Of a stretch of 64,000 nucleotides of DNA, positions 1 through 9,751 are shown piece by piece. This DNA comes from Bacteroidales bacterium (lineage in GTDB: Bacteria; Bacteroidota; Bacteroidia; Bacteroidales; JAHJDW01). The DNA is taken from positions 16,854 to 80,853 of the forward strand of contig JBAZBZ010000002.1 in the NCBI GenBank assembly GCA_041671145.1. The letters are read 5' to 3'. Both the position numbers and the translations under genes were made by a program. A model generated the notes under the pieces. It searched no databases. It worked only from the letters and a program-made list of their open reading frames with translations, and was not told the DNA's origin. Every line of letters starts with the position of its first letter. The first letter of the stretch is position 1.

Positions 1-915
1 AAAAAAAGAAAAATATATTAAAGGAGAAAAATAAGTACGAATCATTTTTTTGTGAGGTGGCAAATCAATTTTTCCTAATAATGGCTCAAAATAGTTAATG
101 TTATTTACCAAACCTTGATTAATACCACCCCAAATTCTGGGATTTGATTCAATTAAATAAATTTGATTATCGTCACTTAATTTAAATTCAAACATAAAAA
201 AACCAGACCACGATGTGTATTTTAGTAACTTTTCAGAAACTTCTTTTATTTCATCATTATAAAAAGATTCTCTGAATACACTTCCGCCCCCTGTAATGGG
301 ATATTCAATTATTCTTTTATGTCCATATCCCATTTGGATATTCCCTTCTTTCGAAAAACCTGAGTACCCAACACCATTTCCTTTAATATATTGTTGAATT
401 ACATAGTCATCAGAATTTTCAATTTCACTTAAAACTTTTTCCCTGTGAGCTTCATTAAGTATATATTTTACTCCTTTTGAAGAGCTTAATTTTTTGGGTT
501 TTATTATAAAAGGAATTTTTGCTTCATGTATATTATTAAATTTTTCAGGTTGTTGTATTTGCAATTTTTCTGCTATTAAATATAGTTTTGACTTATCATT
601 TAATAAATCAAAGGACTCGAATGAACCATAAAAATTAAAATATGGTTTGCCATTAAAATTTTTCAGTATAATTTCTAAATTATTGTTATTTGTTGGTAAA
701 AATAAATCAATTTTGTTTTTTTCAATAATTTCAATTATTTCGTCAATATAATTATTTTTATTTATTACATAATGATGGTCAACATATTTCGTATGAAAGA
801 ATTTTGATTTTTTTCTATAATCAAAGCTATATATTAATGAATTATAATTTTTTTTAATAAATCTAGCTATAATAATTGATTTACAACTTGTAATATCGCT
901 AATTAAAATTTTCAT
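1..915 (-). CDS. ATP-grasp domain protein (C-terminus cut by window edge)
   Basis: Not in the ORF track. My translation from ATG (complement of 913-915) gives MKILISDITSCKSIIIARFIKK... It has ATP-grasp-like blocks FIIKPKKLSSSKGV, VIQQYIKGNGVGYSGF and GFFMFEFKLSDDNQIYLIESNPRIWGG, and the frame stays open to position 1. Confidence 0.7.
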   Translation of the reverse strand, partial: MKILISDITSCKSIIIARFIKKNYNSLIYSFDYRKKSKFFHTKYVDHHYVINKNNYIDEIIEIIEKNKIDLFLPTNNNNLEIILKNFNGKPYFNFYGSFESFDLLNDKSKLYLIAEKLQIQQPEKFNNIHEAKIPFIIKPKKLSSSKGVKYILNEAHREKVLSEIENSDDYVIQQYIKGNGVGYSGFSKEGNIQMGYGHKRIIEYPITGGGSVFRESFYNDEIKEVSEKLLKYTSWSGFFMFEFKLSDDNQIYLIESNPRIWGGINQGLVNNINYFEPLLGKIDLPPHKKMIRTYFSPLIYFSFF

Positions 916-963
916 AGTTCACTAATTAAGAAAAAATATTAAAATAAAATAATTATTTTATTT

Positions 964-2055
964 TTATTTATACAACCGCTCATTATCCTGAATGTCCATC
1001 CACATCGCAAACAACAAAAACTGAATACCGGTGATAAATAAAAAAACAAAAGCTAATATTGGAAGATTAGATATGTCATAACCAAATAAAACCGCCTTAA
1101 AAATTTTCAACATATATGGTATGCATATTAAAAACAATATTAAGCCAAGATGATATAATATAAATAAAGGATGAAAATCGCGAAAAAGATATTTTATCCA
1201 CAATCTTTTAAAAAATGATATAAAAAGCAACCATGAAATCCGTGGAATTACTTTAATTAATTTCATTTTTGATTTCTCACCTATGTTGTAAACAGGTTTT
1301 ATTTCGACTTCCTTTAAAGTACAAAAAGCTATATTTAATTTTACCATGATATCATTAGGCCAGCCATAACTCCTGTATATTTCATTTAAACGAATTGATT
1401 CAAGTGCCTTCAATCCCATTGCCGTATAACCGGTTTGAGTGTCGGAAACCCGCCAATAACCCGAAGCAATCTTAGTAAATATGGAAAGAATGGAATTCCC
1501 AATATACCTTGACTTAGGCATAATAAGCCATGCACTTCGGTGAATAAGCCGATTCCCTTTAACATAATCAATATTTTCTTCTATAACTGGTTTGCAAATA
1601 TCAATAAGTTCATTGGGGTCCATTTGTCCATCGCCATCCATAACGGCAGTACAATCAATTCTATTTTCCAGTGCCCATAAATATCCTCTGGCAATAGCTT
1701 TTCCATTACCTTGATTTTTTTTATAATTAATAAGAATAATCCTGCTATCTAAATTTTTAAATATCACTTCTGATTCGGGAAATAAATTTTTTGCATCTAA
1801 AATCTTTTCCTGCTGTAATATTTCCGCCCTATTATATTTATTTTCTTTTTTTAATTCTCTACTTTTTAATTCACATTCAGGGTTTTCTTTTTTATCAAAA
1901 TAACTTTTTACAACATCGGCAGTATTATCTTTCGAACAATCATTAACAACAATTATCCTGTCAACAAAATCAGGCATGGTTTCTATCACCATACTTATTT
2001 GCTTTTCCTCATTATAGGCGGGAACTATTACTGCTATGGTTTTATTGTTGAGCAT
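964..2055 (-). CDS. GT2 polyprenyl-phosphate glycosyltransferase (GtrB/ArnC/DPM1-like)
   Basis: N-terminal GT-A block IAVIVPAYNEEKQI...VVNDCSKDNT, then DGDGQMDP. Two C-terminal TM helices match GtrB-type architecture. It overlaps the upstream GT-C-like gene by 22 nt. Confidence 0.75.
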   Translation of the reverse strand: MLNNKTIAVIVPAYNEEKQISMVIETMPDFVDRIIVVNDCSKDNTADVVKSYFDKKENPECELKSRELKKENKYNRAEILQQEKILDAKNLFPESEVIFKNLDSRIILINYKKNQGNGKAIARGYLWALENRIDCTAVMDGDGQMDPNELIDICKPVIEENIDYVKGNRLIHRSAWLIMPKSRYIGNSILSIFTKIASGYWRVSDTQTGYTAMGLKALESIRLNEIYRSYGWPNDIMVKLNIAFCTLKEVEIKPVYNIGEKSKMKLIKVIPRISWLLFISFFKRLWIKYLFRDFHPLFILYHLGLILFLICIPYMLKIFKAVLFGYDISNLPILAFVFLFITGIQFLLFAMWMDIQDNERLYK

Positions 2056-3518
2056 TCTTTTTTATTTAAATATATAATGTATAAATTATAGAATAAAAAT
2101 ATTGATAAAAGATAAACAATAAATTCCGTGTAAAAAGTGTACCTGTAATACAAAGCTGCATGCAATGCAAGCACAATTAAATTTAATTCTCTTATAAAGA
2201 AAAGAAAAATAATTAAAATATTTAATTCAACATTCTTTTTCTTAATTATTTGTATAATTGAAAAAATAAAACTTGTAATAAATAACAAAATCCAAAACTT
2301 CATAGCAAACACCTGCACATATATTCTATGAAACAAGTTCACAGCTCCCAGCCATTTATTCCACCAAAATCCAAAACCCTTTTCGCTTTCAAGATTGTAA
2401 GCGCATTTTGTATATCTGAAAAAGAATGGCTCATGTTTTATTAAAAAATTTTCCTTATATTCATTTAAAGTAAATTTATTAAAATCATCAGCACGTTTGT
2501 AATCCTCCGGTATTAAATAAAAATACAACCTTGAATATCCTATTGTGTCAGTGCAGTTATTAAAGCCCCATATATAAAAGTATCTTTTAATTGGTTCATA
2601 GTAGTAAAATAATCTTTTACCTGAATCAGCATTGTTAAATTTTTTAAATCTGTAAACAATATTGTTTTCTTTTTTATTTAAAGAGCGTGTTTTGTCTTCA
2701 GTCGCTTGTTGTTTTATTCCTTCTAATTGAATTGGGTTAAGTTTATAAATAGGATAACCTAACTCTTTATATAAATTAATGCGTACACCCGCTTTTAATG
2801 ACTTAATCTCATAAGCACTACCGGGTATAAACAAAGTTTTGTAAACAAACAGATTAACAGAAGACCACGTAATACAAAGAATAATAAGGGAAACAAATAC
2901 ACTTTTTGTAATTTTCTTGTACGACTTATCAATAAAATAAAGAATTATAAAAAAGACCGGAATAATAAAAGTATAAATACCTTCAGAACGAGCAAATAAA
3001 CCGAGAATTATAAATATTGAAATCAATATGCCATTTGTAATTGTTTTTTTTGAAAGAGAAATTACAAGTAAAACTGTTAAAACAAAATAAATAGTTCGGC
3101 TTATCGATTCCGTCATCATTTTTGTTTCAAATGTTAAACTATTCGGGTCAGATATTAATATTAAAATTAAAAAGATAAAAAAGAATTTGAATTTATTAAA
3201 ATGCTTTTCAATTAACCGTATTGATAATAAAGAGACAAAAAGAAATAATAAACTTTGAAGTACCATTACTAAAAATATACTTCTTTTTATGCAAAAAACC
3301 AAATAGCAAAAGAAAGAGAATGCACCGGGCAAAACATCAAATCTGGGTAATTGACCATAATAGAGTTGCTTTGCCATAAAAAAGTATGCCGGAAAATCTT
3401 CATTTAAATCCGGTAATGGAAACAGCACATAAAATGGAATTCTTGTGAATAGAAATACACAAATAACTAAAAAGTAAGGAAAATATTTAATTGTTTTTTT
3501 TCCAATATAATGATTCAT
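2034..3518 (-). CDS. Polytopic membrane protein, GT-C (ArnT/PMT-like) candidate
   Basis: 494 aa with more than 10 hydrophobic segments. An acidic motif LNEDFPAYF follows TM1, as in GT-C first-loop catalytic motifs. It sits directly upstream of, and is translationally overlapped with, the GtrB-like GT2. Confidence 0.5.
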   Translation of the reverse strand: MNHYIGKKTIKYFPYFLVICVFLFTRIPFYVLFPLPDLNEDFPAYFFMAKQLYYGQLPRFDVLPGAFSFFCYLVFCIKRSIFLVMVLQSLLFLFVSLLSIRLIEKHFNKFKFFFIFLILILISDPNSLTFETKMMTESISRTIYFVLTVLLVISLSKKTITNGILISIFIILGLFARSEGIYTFIIPVFFIILYFIDKSYKKITKSVFVSLIILCITWSSVNLFVYKTLFIPGSAYEIKSLKAGVRINLYKELGYPIYKLNPIQLEGIKQQATEDKTRSLNKKENNIVYRFKKFNNADSGKRLFYYYEPIKRYFYIWGFNNCTDTIGYSRLYFYLIPEDYKRADDFNKFTLNEYKENFLIKHEPFFFRYTKCAYNLESEKGFGFWWNKWLGAVNLFHRIYVQVFAMKFWILLFITSFIFSIIQIIKKKNVELNILIIFLFFIRELNLIVLALHAALYYRYTFYTEFIVYLLSIFLFYNLYIIYLNKKECSTIKP

Positions 3519-3743
3519 TTTTCCTTAATATTTAAAAATTTATAACAAAACTAAACAAAATAACCAATAAAAAAACAGCAACTAAATTTCAATTGTTTGA
3601 AAAGTTATCTTATATACTCATGGGCATCTCTAATAAACCCGTATATCAAGGCAAACAAGAAATTCAAACTTGAGTTGACTATTTGTTAATAAGAATTTGA
3701 ATTTTGAAGTCCGATGAAAAGGGGCTGGTTTTTAAAGATAATC

Positions 3744-4589
3744 TTATTGGATATCTACAATAGTTCTTGCCCATTTATTATAATTAATCAGCCCTCCGAA
3801 AAAAAGAATAAATAAAAAAGCATACGCAATATACACATTATTTCCGATATGAACAGGTGTTCCAAGAATGCACCATCTGAATGCTTCAACAAAAAATGTA
3901 AAAGGATTCATAAAATATAGAATCTGCCATTTCGGCGGTATTCTCATTATAAGCTCACTTGATGAATAAATAACAGGTGAAAAATACAAAAGAAAAGAAA
4001 CCAAATAAGAAACCAAGTTAGATATATCCCTGTATTTTATTGAAGGACCTGCAAACCACAATCCCATGCTCCATCCGCAGAAAATAGTTACTATGATTAC
4101 TAAGGGCAGAAAAATCATATTAATTGAAATACTTATTTTATAAAACCACAGGAAAAAAAACATTATTACAAAAGACACAAAAAAATCAACTAACCCCGAC
4201 ATGGTACCAGATATAACAGGAATCAACCTTGGAATATACACTTTCGACATGAGTGAAGATTCCTGCTTCAATCCGTTTGCAGACGCATTAACGCTCCGGT
4301 TGAAAACCGTCCAGATAAGAAATCCTAAATAAGTAAAAAGAAAATATGGAACATTATCCGAAGAAAGATTTCCTAACTTTTGAAATAAAAAACTGAATAT
4401 TATTGTGCTAATAATAGGACTAAATATAATCCACAACGGACCAAATGCTGTTTGCTTATATTTTCCTTTCAAATCGCGGACAAATAACATATAAGTCAGA
4501 TAGCCGTTGTCAAGCAATTCTCTTATATTTATAATTTTAAGAGTTTTGGTTCTTTCAATCACATGATATTCCTGTCCCTTTTCGAGCAT
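3744..4589 (-). CDS. wzm: ABC-2 type polysaccharide export permease
   Basis: 281 aa with six TM segments. The N-terminal cytoplasmic stretch LTYMLFVRDLKGKYKQTAFGPLWIIFSP is typical of Wzm/TagG/KpsM ABC-2 permeases. Confidence 0.8.
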   Translation of the reverse strand: MLEKGQEYHVIERTKTLKIINIRELLDNGYLTYMLFVRDLKGKYKQTAFGPLWIIFSPIISTIIFSFLFQKLGNLSSDNVPYFLFTYLGFLIWTVFNRSVNASANGLKQESSLMSKVYIPRLIPVISGTMSGLVDFFVSFVIMFFFLWFYKISISINMIFLPLVIIVTIFCGWSMGLWFAGPSIKYRDISNLVSYLVSFLLYFSPVIYSSSELIMRIPPKWQILYFMNPFTFFVEAFRWCILGTPVHIGNNVYIAYAFLFILFFGGLINYNKWARTIVDIQ

Positions 4590-4870
4590 AAATAATTTGA
4601 ATTAAAAAAAAGCAAAGATACAAAAAAACGAAGGATTTAAAATAGTTTGTCCAACTTCGTTAAAACAATTCTGTGCAAAACATTTCAAATTAATGTAGAT
4701 TCACCGTGTATTGTAAATCTAAAAAAAAATAGCTTACTTTGTACTGCATTAAAAGAAAATTATAAATACCGAAGCGGTAACGATGTATTTGTACAAACTA
4801 ATATTCTGTCTGTTAAACCAAAAACCAATTATAAATAGATTGTTAGGTAATGTCCTAAATAGAGAAAACC

Positions 4871-5977
4871 ATGAATAGCAGTAGTCGTAATTGGATTAAT
4901 AGCATTAACTGGCAAATTGACTTTTATAGAAATACTAATCCTAAACCCCGAACTGATCCGGAATTTCCTTGGACATTAGTAGATGATAAAATCAAGCGCG
5001 TTCAAATCTTTCGCGATATGACCAAGCAGACTTTACTTATGCTTAGATGTCAGCAGCGTACTCAACCACAAGAATGGCTGAACAGCAATTATGCAGAAAG
5101 ATTATGGGAATCCAGATCTTTACTTAAAGACGATTTAAGTAAACTTCTTTGTGATGAAACTATTGTCCTCCGCTTAACCGGGCATCAACGATTCTACTTT
5201 CCCCGTATTGATTTCAACGATTTTTTTGATATCATAGATGAAAAACCATTTCACAATTCCAACCTCCCTGATGACTACGTTGGCATGGCGTTAAGGATTT
5301 TTGAAATACAATTGAAAGAACATCCGAATATAGCACCAATAAAAGTGGTTACATGTAAAGAAAATTTAACTTTGCTCAACAGTTATCGCCAATATTTTGT
5401 AAAACGAAATTCCATTGATATATCCCCGACACAAGGAGATGTTGTTCTTGACTGTGGATCCTGTATCGGAGATATATCTTTACTATTCGCCGGACTTGTT
5501 GCCATGCATGGCGAAGTTCACATGTTCGACCCAATACCGCTTCACGCACGCTATTGCCAACTTCAATCTTCACTAAATCCATTGCTGGCTCATGTGCTTC
5601 ACATCAACGAACTATCGGTTAGTAATCGTACGTTTGTTACGAATGGAGACAAGAAAGATTCGGATAAAATTGCTCCTGGCGGTTTAGCCATCAACTCTTT
5701 TGCCAGTATAAGCATAGATGACTATGCAAACCGCAATCTTAATCGTGTTGATTTCATTAAAATGGACATTGAGGGGGCTGAAATGGATGCAATTGAAGGA
5801 GCAGCTAAAGTCATTAAAGAATTTAAGCCCCGGCTCGCAATCTCTGCTTATCACAAAACCGACGATTTATGGGAAATACCAATCAAGCTTAAATCTCTAA
5901 ACCCAAGTTACGAATTGTATTTCGGACATCACAGTCCAGTTAGTTGGGAAAGTGTATTCTATGCTGTTAATCATTAA
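4871..5977 (+). CDS. FkbM-family SAM methyltransferase with a ~190-aa N-terminal extension
   Basis: VLDCGSCIGDISLLFA (SAM motif I) and VDFIKMDIEGAEMDAIEGAAKVIKEFKPRLAISAYH (FkbM signature). G+C is clearly higher than in its neighbours. Confidence 0.75.
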   Translation: MNSSSRNWINSINWQIDFYRNTNPKPRTDPEFPWTLVDDKIKRVQIFRDMTKQTLLMLRCQQRTQPQEWLNSNYAERLWESRSLLKDDLSKLLCDETIVLRLTGHQRFYFPRIDFNDFFDIIDEKPFHNSNLPDDYVGMALRIFEIQLKEHPNIAPIKVVTCKENLTLLNSYRQYFVKRNSIDISPTQGDVVLDCGSCIGDISLLFAGLVAMHGEVHMFDPIPLHARYCQLQSSLNPLLAHVLHINELSVSNRTFVTNGDKKDSDKIAPGGLAINSFASISIDDYANRNLNRVDFIKMDIEGAEMDAIEGAAKVIKEFKPRLAISAYHKTDDLWEIPIKLKSLNPSYELYFGHHSPVSWESVFYAVNH

Positions 5978-6147
5978 CTTTGTTCATTAATCAAACTAAA
6001 ATCATTAAATTGAAATTAATATGAATGCTATAGAATGTTTTTATCATATACATGTATATAACATACATTATATGCTTAATAGTTTAAAGTATAAATAATA
6101 AATTTATTGAAAATTATTAAAATAGCTAAATTAATTATATTTGCAGG

Positions 6148-7398
6148 ATGCCAGTTATTAAAGTAGAAAACATAAGCAAGAAATACAGAATAGGATTAAA
6201 TAAGCAAAAGTATTCAGCAAAAAGTAATCTCATTCGTACTTTAACATCACCATTCAATTATCTTTTTGATACATTAAGACCGTTAAAAGAAGAAGAAATA
6301 TTCTGGGCATTGAAAGACATTAGTTTCGATGTACAGCAAGGCGATGTTATAGGTATTATAGGAAAAAACGGAGCAGGCAAAAGCACTTTATTAAAAATAC
6401 TTTCCAAAATAACGGAACCCACATCGGGAAGAGTATTAACAAGAGGCAGAGTAGGTTCATTGCTCGAAGTTGGTACAGGTTTTCATCCTGAATTAACCGG
6501 CAAAGAAAATATTTACCTGAATGGTACAATTCTTGGAATGACAAAAAAAGAAATAACTAAAAAATTTGATGAAATAGTGGATTTTTCGGGAGTAGAAAAA
6601 TTTCTTAACACTCCCGTAAAACGATATTCAAGCGGAATGTATGTAAGATTGGCATTTGCCGTTGCAGCTCATCTTGAACTGGAGATATTGGTGATAGATG
6701 AAGTTCTTTCAGTGGGGGATGCTGAATTTCAAAAAAAATGTTTGGGTAAAATGAGTAATGTTGCAAAGGAAGGAAGGACGGTTTTGTTTGTTAGTCATAA
6801 TATGACTGCCATACAAAGTTTATGTGAAAAATGCATTTTATTATCTGATGGTACCATTAAAAGTATTGGCGACACGGCTTCTGTAATTAATACTTATTTG
6901 TCAAAAGCAATTGAAAATAATCCCGATAACTCATGGAACAATATCAAAGATGCCCCGGGTAATGATTTTATTAGGGTTAGAAAAACAAATGTTTTGAAAA
7001 ATGATTCAAATGTAAGCAACACATGTATATATGTTTCATCACCTGTTAAAATCGAAATAGAATTCTGGAATTTGCTTGAAAATAAAATAAATATTAGTTT
7101 AATGTTATTTTCAGTTAGCGGTGTACTTATTTTTAATGTTGCATCAAAATCCGAAAAATTAGATAAAGGACTATATAAAGCAATTTGCTACATACCCGAG
7201 AATTTTTTAAATGATGACAAATATTACATAAGTAATATGTATGTTAAGGATGATTCAACATGTTTGTTTTATCATGAAGAAGCTGCATTTTTCGAAGTAC
7301 ATGATGAATCAAGAAAAGATACCGCTTGGTTTGGAAAGTGGCAAGGTGCTGTCAGACCTACTTTTCTAAAATGGGATTATTTTAAGGTTAACAATTAA
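6148..7398 (+). CDS. wzt: Polysaccharide ABC transporter ATP-binding protein with C-terminal carbohydrate-binding (Wzt_C-like) domain
   Basis: Walker A GKNGAGKST, signature YSSGMYVRLAF and Walker B LVIDEVLSVGD. About 165 extra C-terminal residues are beta-rich. Confidence 0.85.
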   Translation: MPVIKVENISKKYRIGLNKQKYSAKSNLIRTLTSPFNYLFDTLRPLKEEEIFWALKDISFDVQQGDVIGIIGKNGAGKSTLLKILSKITEPTSGRVLTRGRVGSLLEVGTGFHPELTGKENIYLNGTILGMTKKEITKKFDEIVDFSGVEKFLNTPVKRYSSGMYVRLAFAVAAHLELEILVIDEVLSVGDAEFQKKCLGKMSNVAKEGRTVLFVSHNMTAIQSLCEKCILLSDGTIKSIGDTASVINTYLSKAIENNPDNSWNNIKDAPGNDFIRVRKTNVLKNDSNVSNTCIYVSSPVKIEIEFWNLLENKINISLMLFSVSGVLIFNVASKSEKLDKGLYKAICYIPENFLNDDKYYISNMYVKDDSTCLFYHEEAAFFEVHDESRKDTAWFGKWQGAVRPTFLKWDYFKVNN

Positions 7399-7409
7399 AG
7401 AATAAAAAC

Positions 7410-8246
7410 ATGCAATTCTTAAAAAAAGTAATTCCTGTTTCAATAAAAAACATTTCAAAAAAGAAAATTATTAACTTAGAGAAATTTCCAAAAAATACTC
7501 AGCAAAATGATAGTATAAATGCTTATTATTGTCCTGCTTGTGGTAATTCCATAAATATTTTTAATCGTTTTCCACAATGGCATTTAGATGAATTAGATGA
7601 AAATAATTTCATTCATTCTATTTATAACTTCGAAACACTTAACTTGAAAAATAGTTCTTGTCCTATATGCAATACAGGTGATAGCACAAGATTATACATG
7701 CTTTTTTTAAAATCTTTTTTTAATAAAATTGATACAAGTAAAATACACAAACTTATAGAATTTGCTCCTGTACCTGTTATTGCAAACTATTTGAAAACCC
7801 TTAAATTTATTGAATATAGAAGTGCTGATTTAAACGATAAAAATGTTAATGACACTGTTGATTTAACTGATATGAGAATATATGATGATTGTTCTTATAA
7901 TATATTTATTTGCACTCATGTTTTGGAACACATAGCTGACGATATAAAAGCAATGAAAGAACTTTACAGGATTTTAAAACCAGGCGGATGGGGAATTATA
8001 AATGTGCCTATATTGCTAACTTTAACGGAAGATTACGAAAATCACAACATTACATCAGAAAATGAACGGTTGAAACATTTTGGACAGAAAGACCATGTAA
8101 GAATATATTCAAAAAATGGATTTGTAAAGAAGCTCAACTTTGCTGGTTTTAAAGTTAAACAATACGGAATGGATTATTTCGGAACAGATGTATTTGAAAA
8201 ATGCGGAATAAAAAAGGGTTCCATATTATATATTGTCGAAAAATAA
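7410..8246 (+). CDS. Class I SAM methyltransferase (Methyltransf_11-like) with N-terminal CxxC...CxxC zinc-ribbon-like segment
   Basis: CPACGNS and CPICNTG pairs, then FICTHVLEHIADDIKAMKELYRILKPGGWGIINVP. Confidence 0.75.
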   Translation: MQFLKKVIPVSIKNISKKKIINLEKFPKNTQQNDSINAYYCPACGNSINIFNRFPQWHLDELDENNFIHSIYNFETLNLKNSSCPICNTGDSTRLYMLFLKSFFNKIDTSKIHKLIEFAPVPVIANYLKTLKFIEYRSADLNDKNVNDTVDLTDMRIYDDCSYNIFICTHVLEHIADDIKAMKELYRILKPGGWGIINVPILLTLTEDYENHNITSENERLKHFGQKDHVRIYSKNGFVKKLNFAGFKVKQYGMDYFGTDVFEKCGIKKGSILYIVEK

Positions 8247-8266
8247 ATTAAATACTTAGTAAAGTT

Positions 8267-9373
8267 ATGATAAATGTAACCCAACCATACCTGCCTCCAT
8301 TAGAAGAGTTTCAAGAATATCTCAAAAAAATCTGGGATAGCAAATGGCTTACAAATAACGGAAAGTTTCATGAAGAATTCGAACAAAAATTATCTGAATA
8401 TCTTGGTGTCAAATATGTTTCATTATTTGCAAACGGAACTCTGGCTTTAATAACAGCATTGAAAGTTTTAAACATAAAAGGAGAAGTAATTACAACACCT
8501 TACAGTTTTGTTGCCACAGCTCATTCTCTTTTGTGGAATAACATAAAGCCGGTTTTTGTTGATATTGAAAATGACTATTGCAATATAGATCCGGAAAAAA
8601 TCGAATCCGCAATTACACCACAAACCACTGCCATACTCCCTGTTCATGTTTATGGCAATTCCTGCCAGACAGAAAAAGTTCAAAAAATTGCAAAAAAAAA
8701 CAATTTAAAAGTAATTTATGATGCAGCACATTCTTTCGGTGTAAAACAAAACGGGCAAAGTATTTTAAACTTTGGAGATTTATCGATACTTAGTTTTCAT
8801 GCAACAAAAATTTTTACAACATTTGAAGGTGGAGCAATAGTAAGTCATGATGCAGAAACAAAACAAAAAATAGACCAACTGAAAAATTTCGGCTTTATGG
8901 ACGAAGTAACTGTTATAGGAACCGGAATTAATGCAAAGATGAGCGAATTTCAATCTGCATTTGGTTTATTGAGTTTGAAATATATTGATAAAGCAATTGA
9001 AAAAAGAAAATTAATTTCAGAAACATATCAAAGTGCTCTTGCAAACATAAAAGGAATAAGTTTTTTAAAAAGCATGAAAGATGTGAAGCACAATTACTCT
9101 TATTTTCCGATATTTATTAACCAAAGTGAATACGGAATTTCAAGAGATAAAATTTACGAAAAATTAAAACAGAATAATATTTATTGCCGCCGATATTTTT
9201 ATCCGCTAATCAGTGAATTTCCGGCATATAACGGACTTTCTTCATCTCCCCGTGAAAACCTACCAGTAGCATATAAAAAAGCAGAGCAAGTTTTATGTCT
9301 GCCTATTTATCCCGATTTGGAAATAGAGCAAGTACAATATATTTGTAAAATCATCAATAAATTTTCCGAATAA
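8267..9373 (+). CDS. DegT/DnrJ/EryC1/StrS-family sugar aminotransferase (PLP-dependent)
   Basis: MINVTQPYLPPLEEF..., VITTPYSFVATAH, VIYDAAHSFG and SFHATKIFTTFEGGAIV (PLP lysine context). Confidence 0.85.
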   Translation: MINVTQPYLPPLEEFQEYLKKIWDSKWLTNNGKFHEEFEQKLSEYLGVKYVSLFANGTLALITALKVLNIKGEVITTPYSFVATAHSLLWNNIKPVFVDIENDYCNIDPEKIESAITPQTTAILPVHVYGNSCQTEKVQKIAKKNNLKVIYDAAHSFGVKQNGQSILNFGDLSILSFHATKIFTTFEGGAIVSHDAETKQKIDQLKNFGFMDEVTVIGTGINAKMSEFQSAFGLLSLKYIDKAIEKRKLISETYQSALANIKGISFLKSMKDVKHNYSYFPIFINQSEYGISRDKIYEKLKQNNIYCRRYFYPLISEFPAYNGLSSSPRENLPVAYKKAEQVLCLPIYPDLEIEQVQYICKIINKFSE

Positions 9374-9376
9374 AAT

Positions 9377-9751
9377 TTGCAGTACGGTTTGAATAAAGAA
9401 AAAACAACATATAAAATACCCAAATCAGAAAGCGAAACTAATGCATTTTTAAATTATGGATGCCCATCCCCTGTTTTTGAAAACTTCCAACATGGATTTA
9501 GAGTTACAGTATTTTCGAGACAAAACAATAACAAAAAAACCGACCTGAAAAATATAGGTGGCAATGTTATTGTATTAAAAAAAATAATCGAATTAATGAG
9601 AGCCAATCCTTCAATTTCAATTCCTGACATATCTGCAATTTGTAATAAAGGTGTTACAATCGTGAAGGAATATATAAATAAACTAAAAAGTAAAAATATA
9701 ATCAGAAGAATTGGTCCAGACAAAGGCGGGCATTGGGAGGTAATAAAATGA
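9377..9751 (+). pseudogene. Remnant (C-terminal ~120 aa) of an AlbA_2/HATPase_c_4-type HTH regulator, or a minimal wHTH protein
   Basis: TTG-initiated ORF. It ends ...IIELMRANPSISIPDISAICNKGVTIVKEYINKLKSKNIIRRIGPDKGGHWEVIK, which resembles the C-terminal wHTH tail (..RIGxxKGGxWEV) of ~480-aa ATP-binding putative regulators. The N-terminal domains are missing. Confidence 0.45.

Noticed and set aside
4647-4838. A 63-aa ORF in the wzm / FkbM divergent intergenic region.
   Set aside because: It needs a non-ATG start, has no motifs, and lies in AT-rich promoter-like DNA. It is most likely spurious.
6136-6143. A TAtaTTTG -7 box upstream of wzt.
   Set aside because: It ends only 4 nt before the ATG at 6148, which would imply a leaderless transcript, and there is no -33 element. 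Too uncertain to list as a feature.
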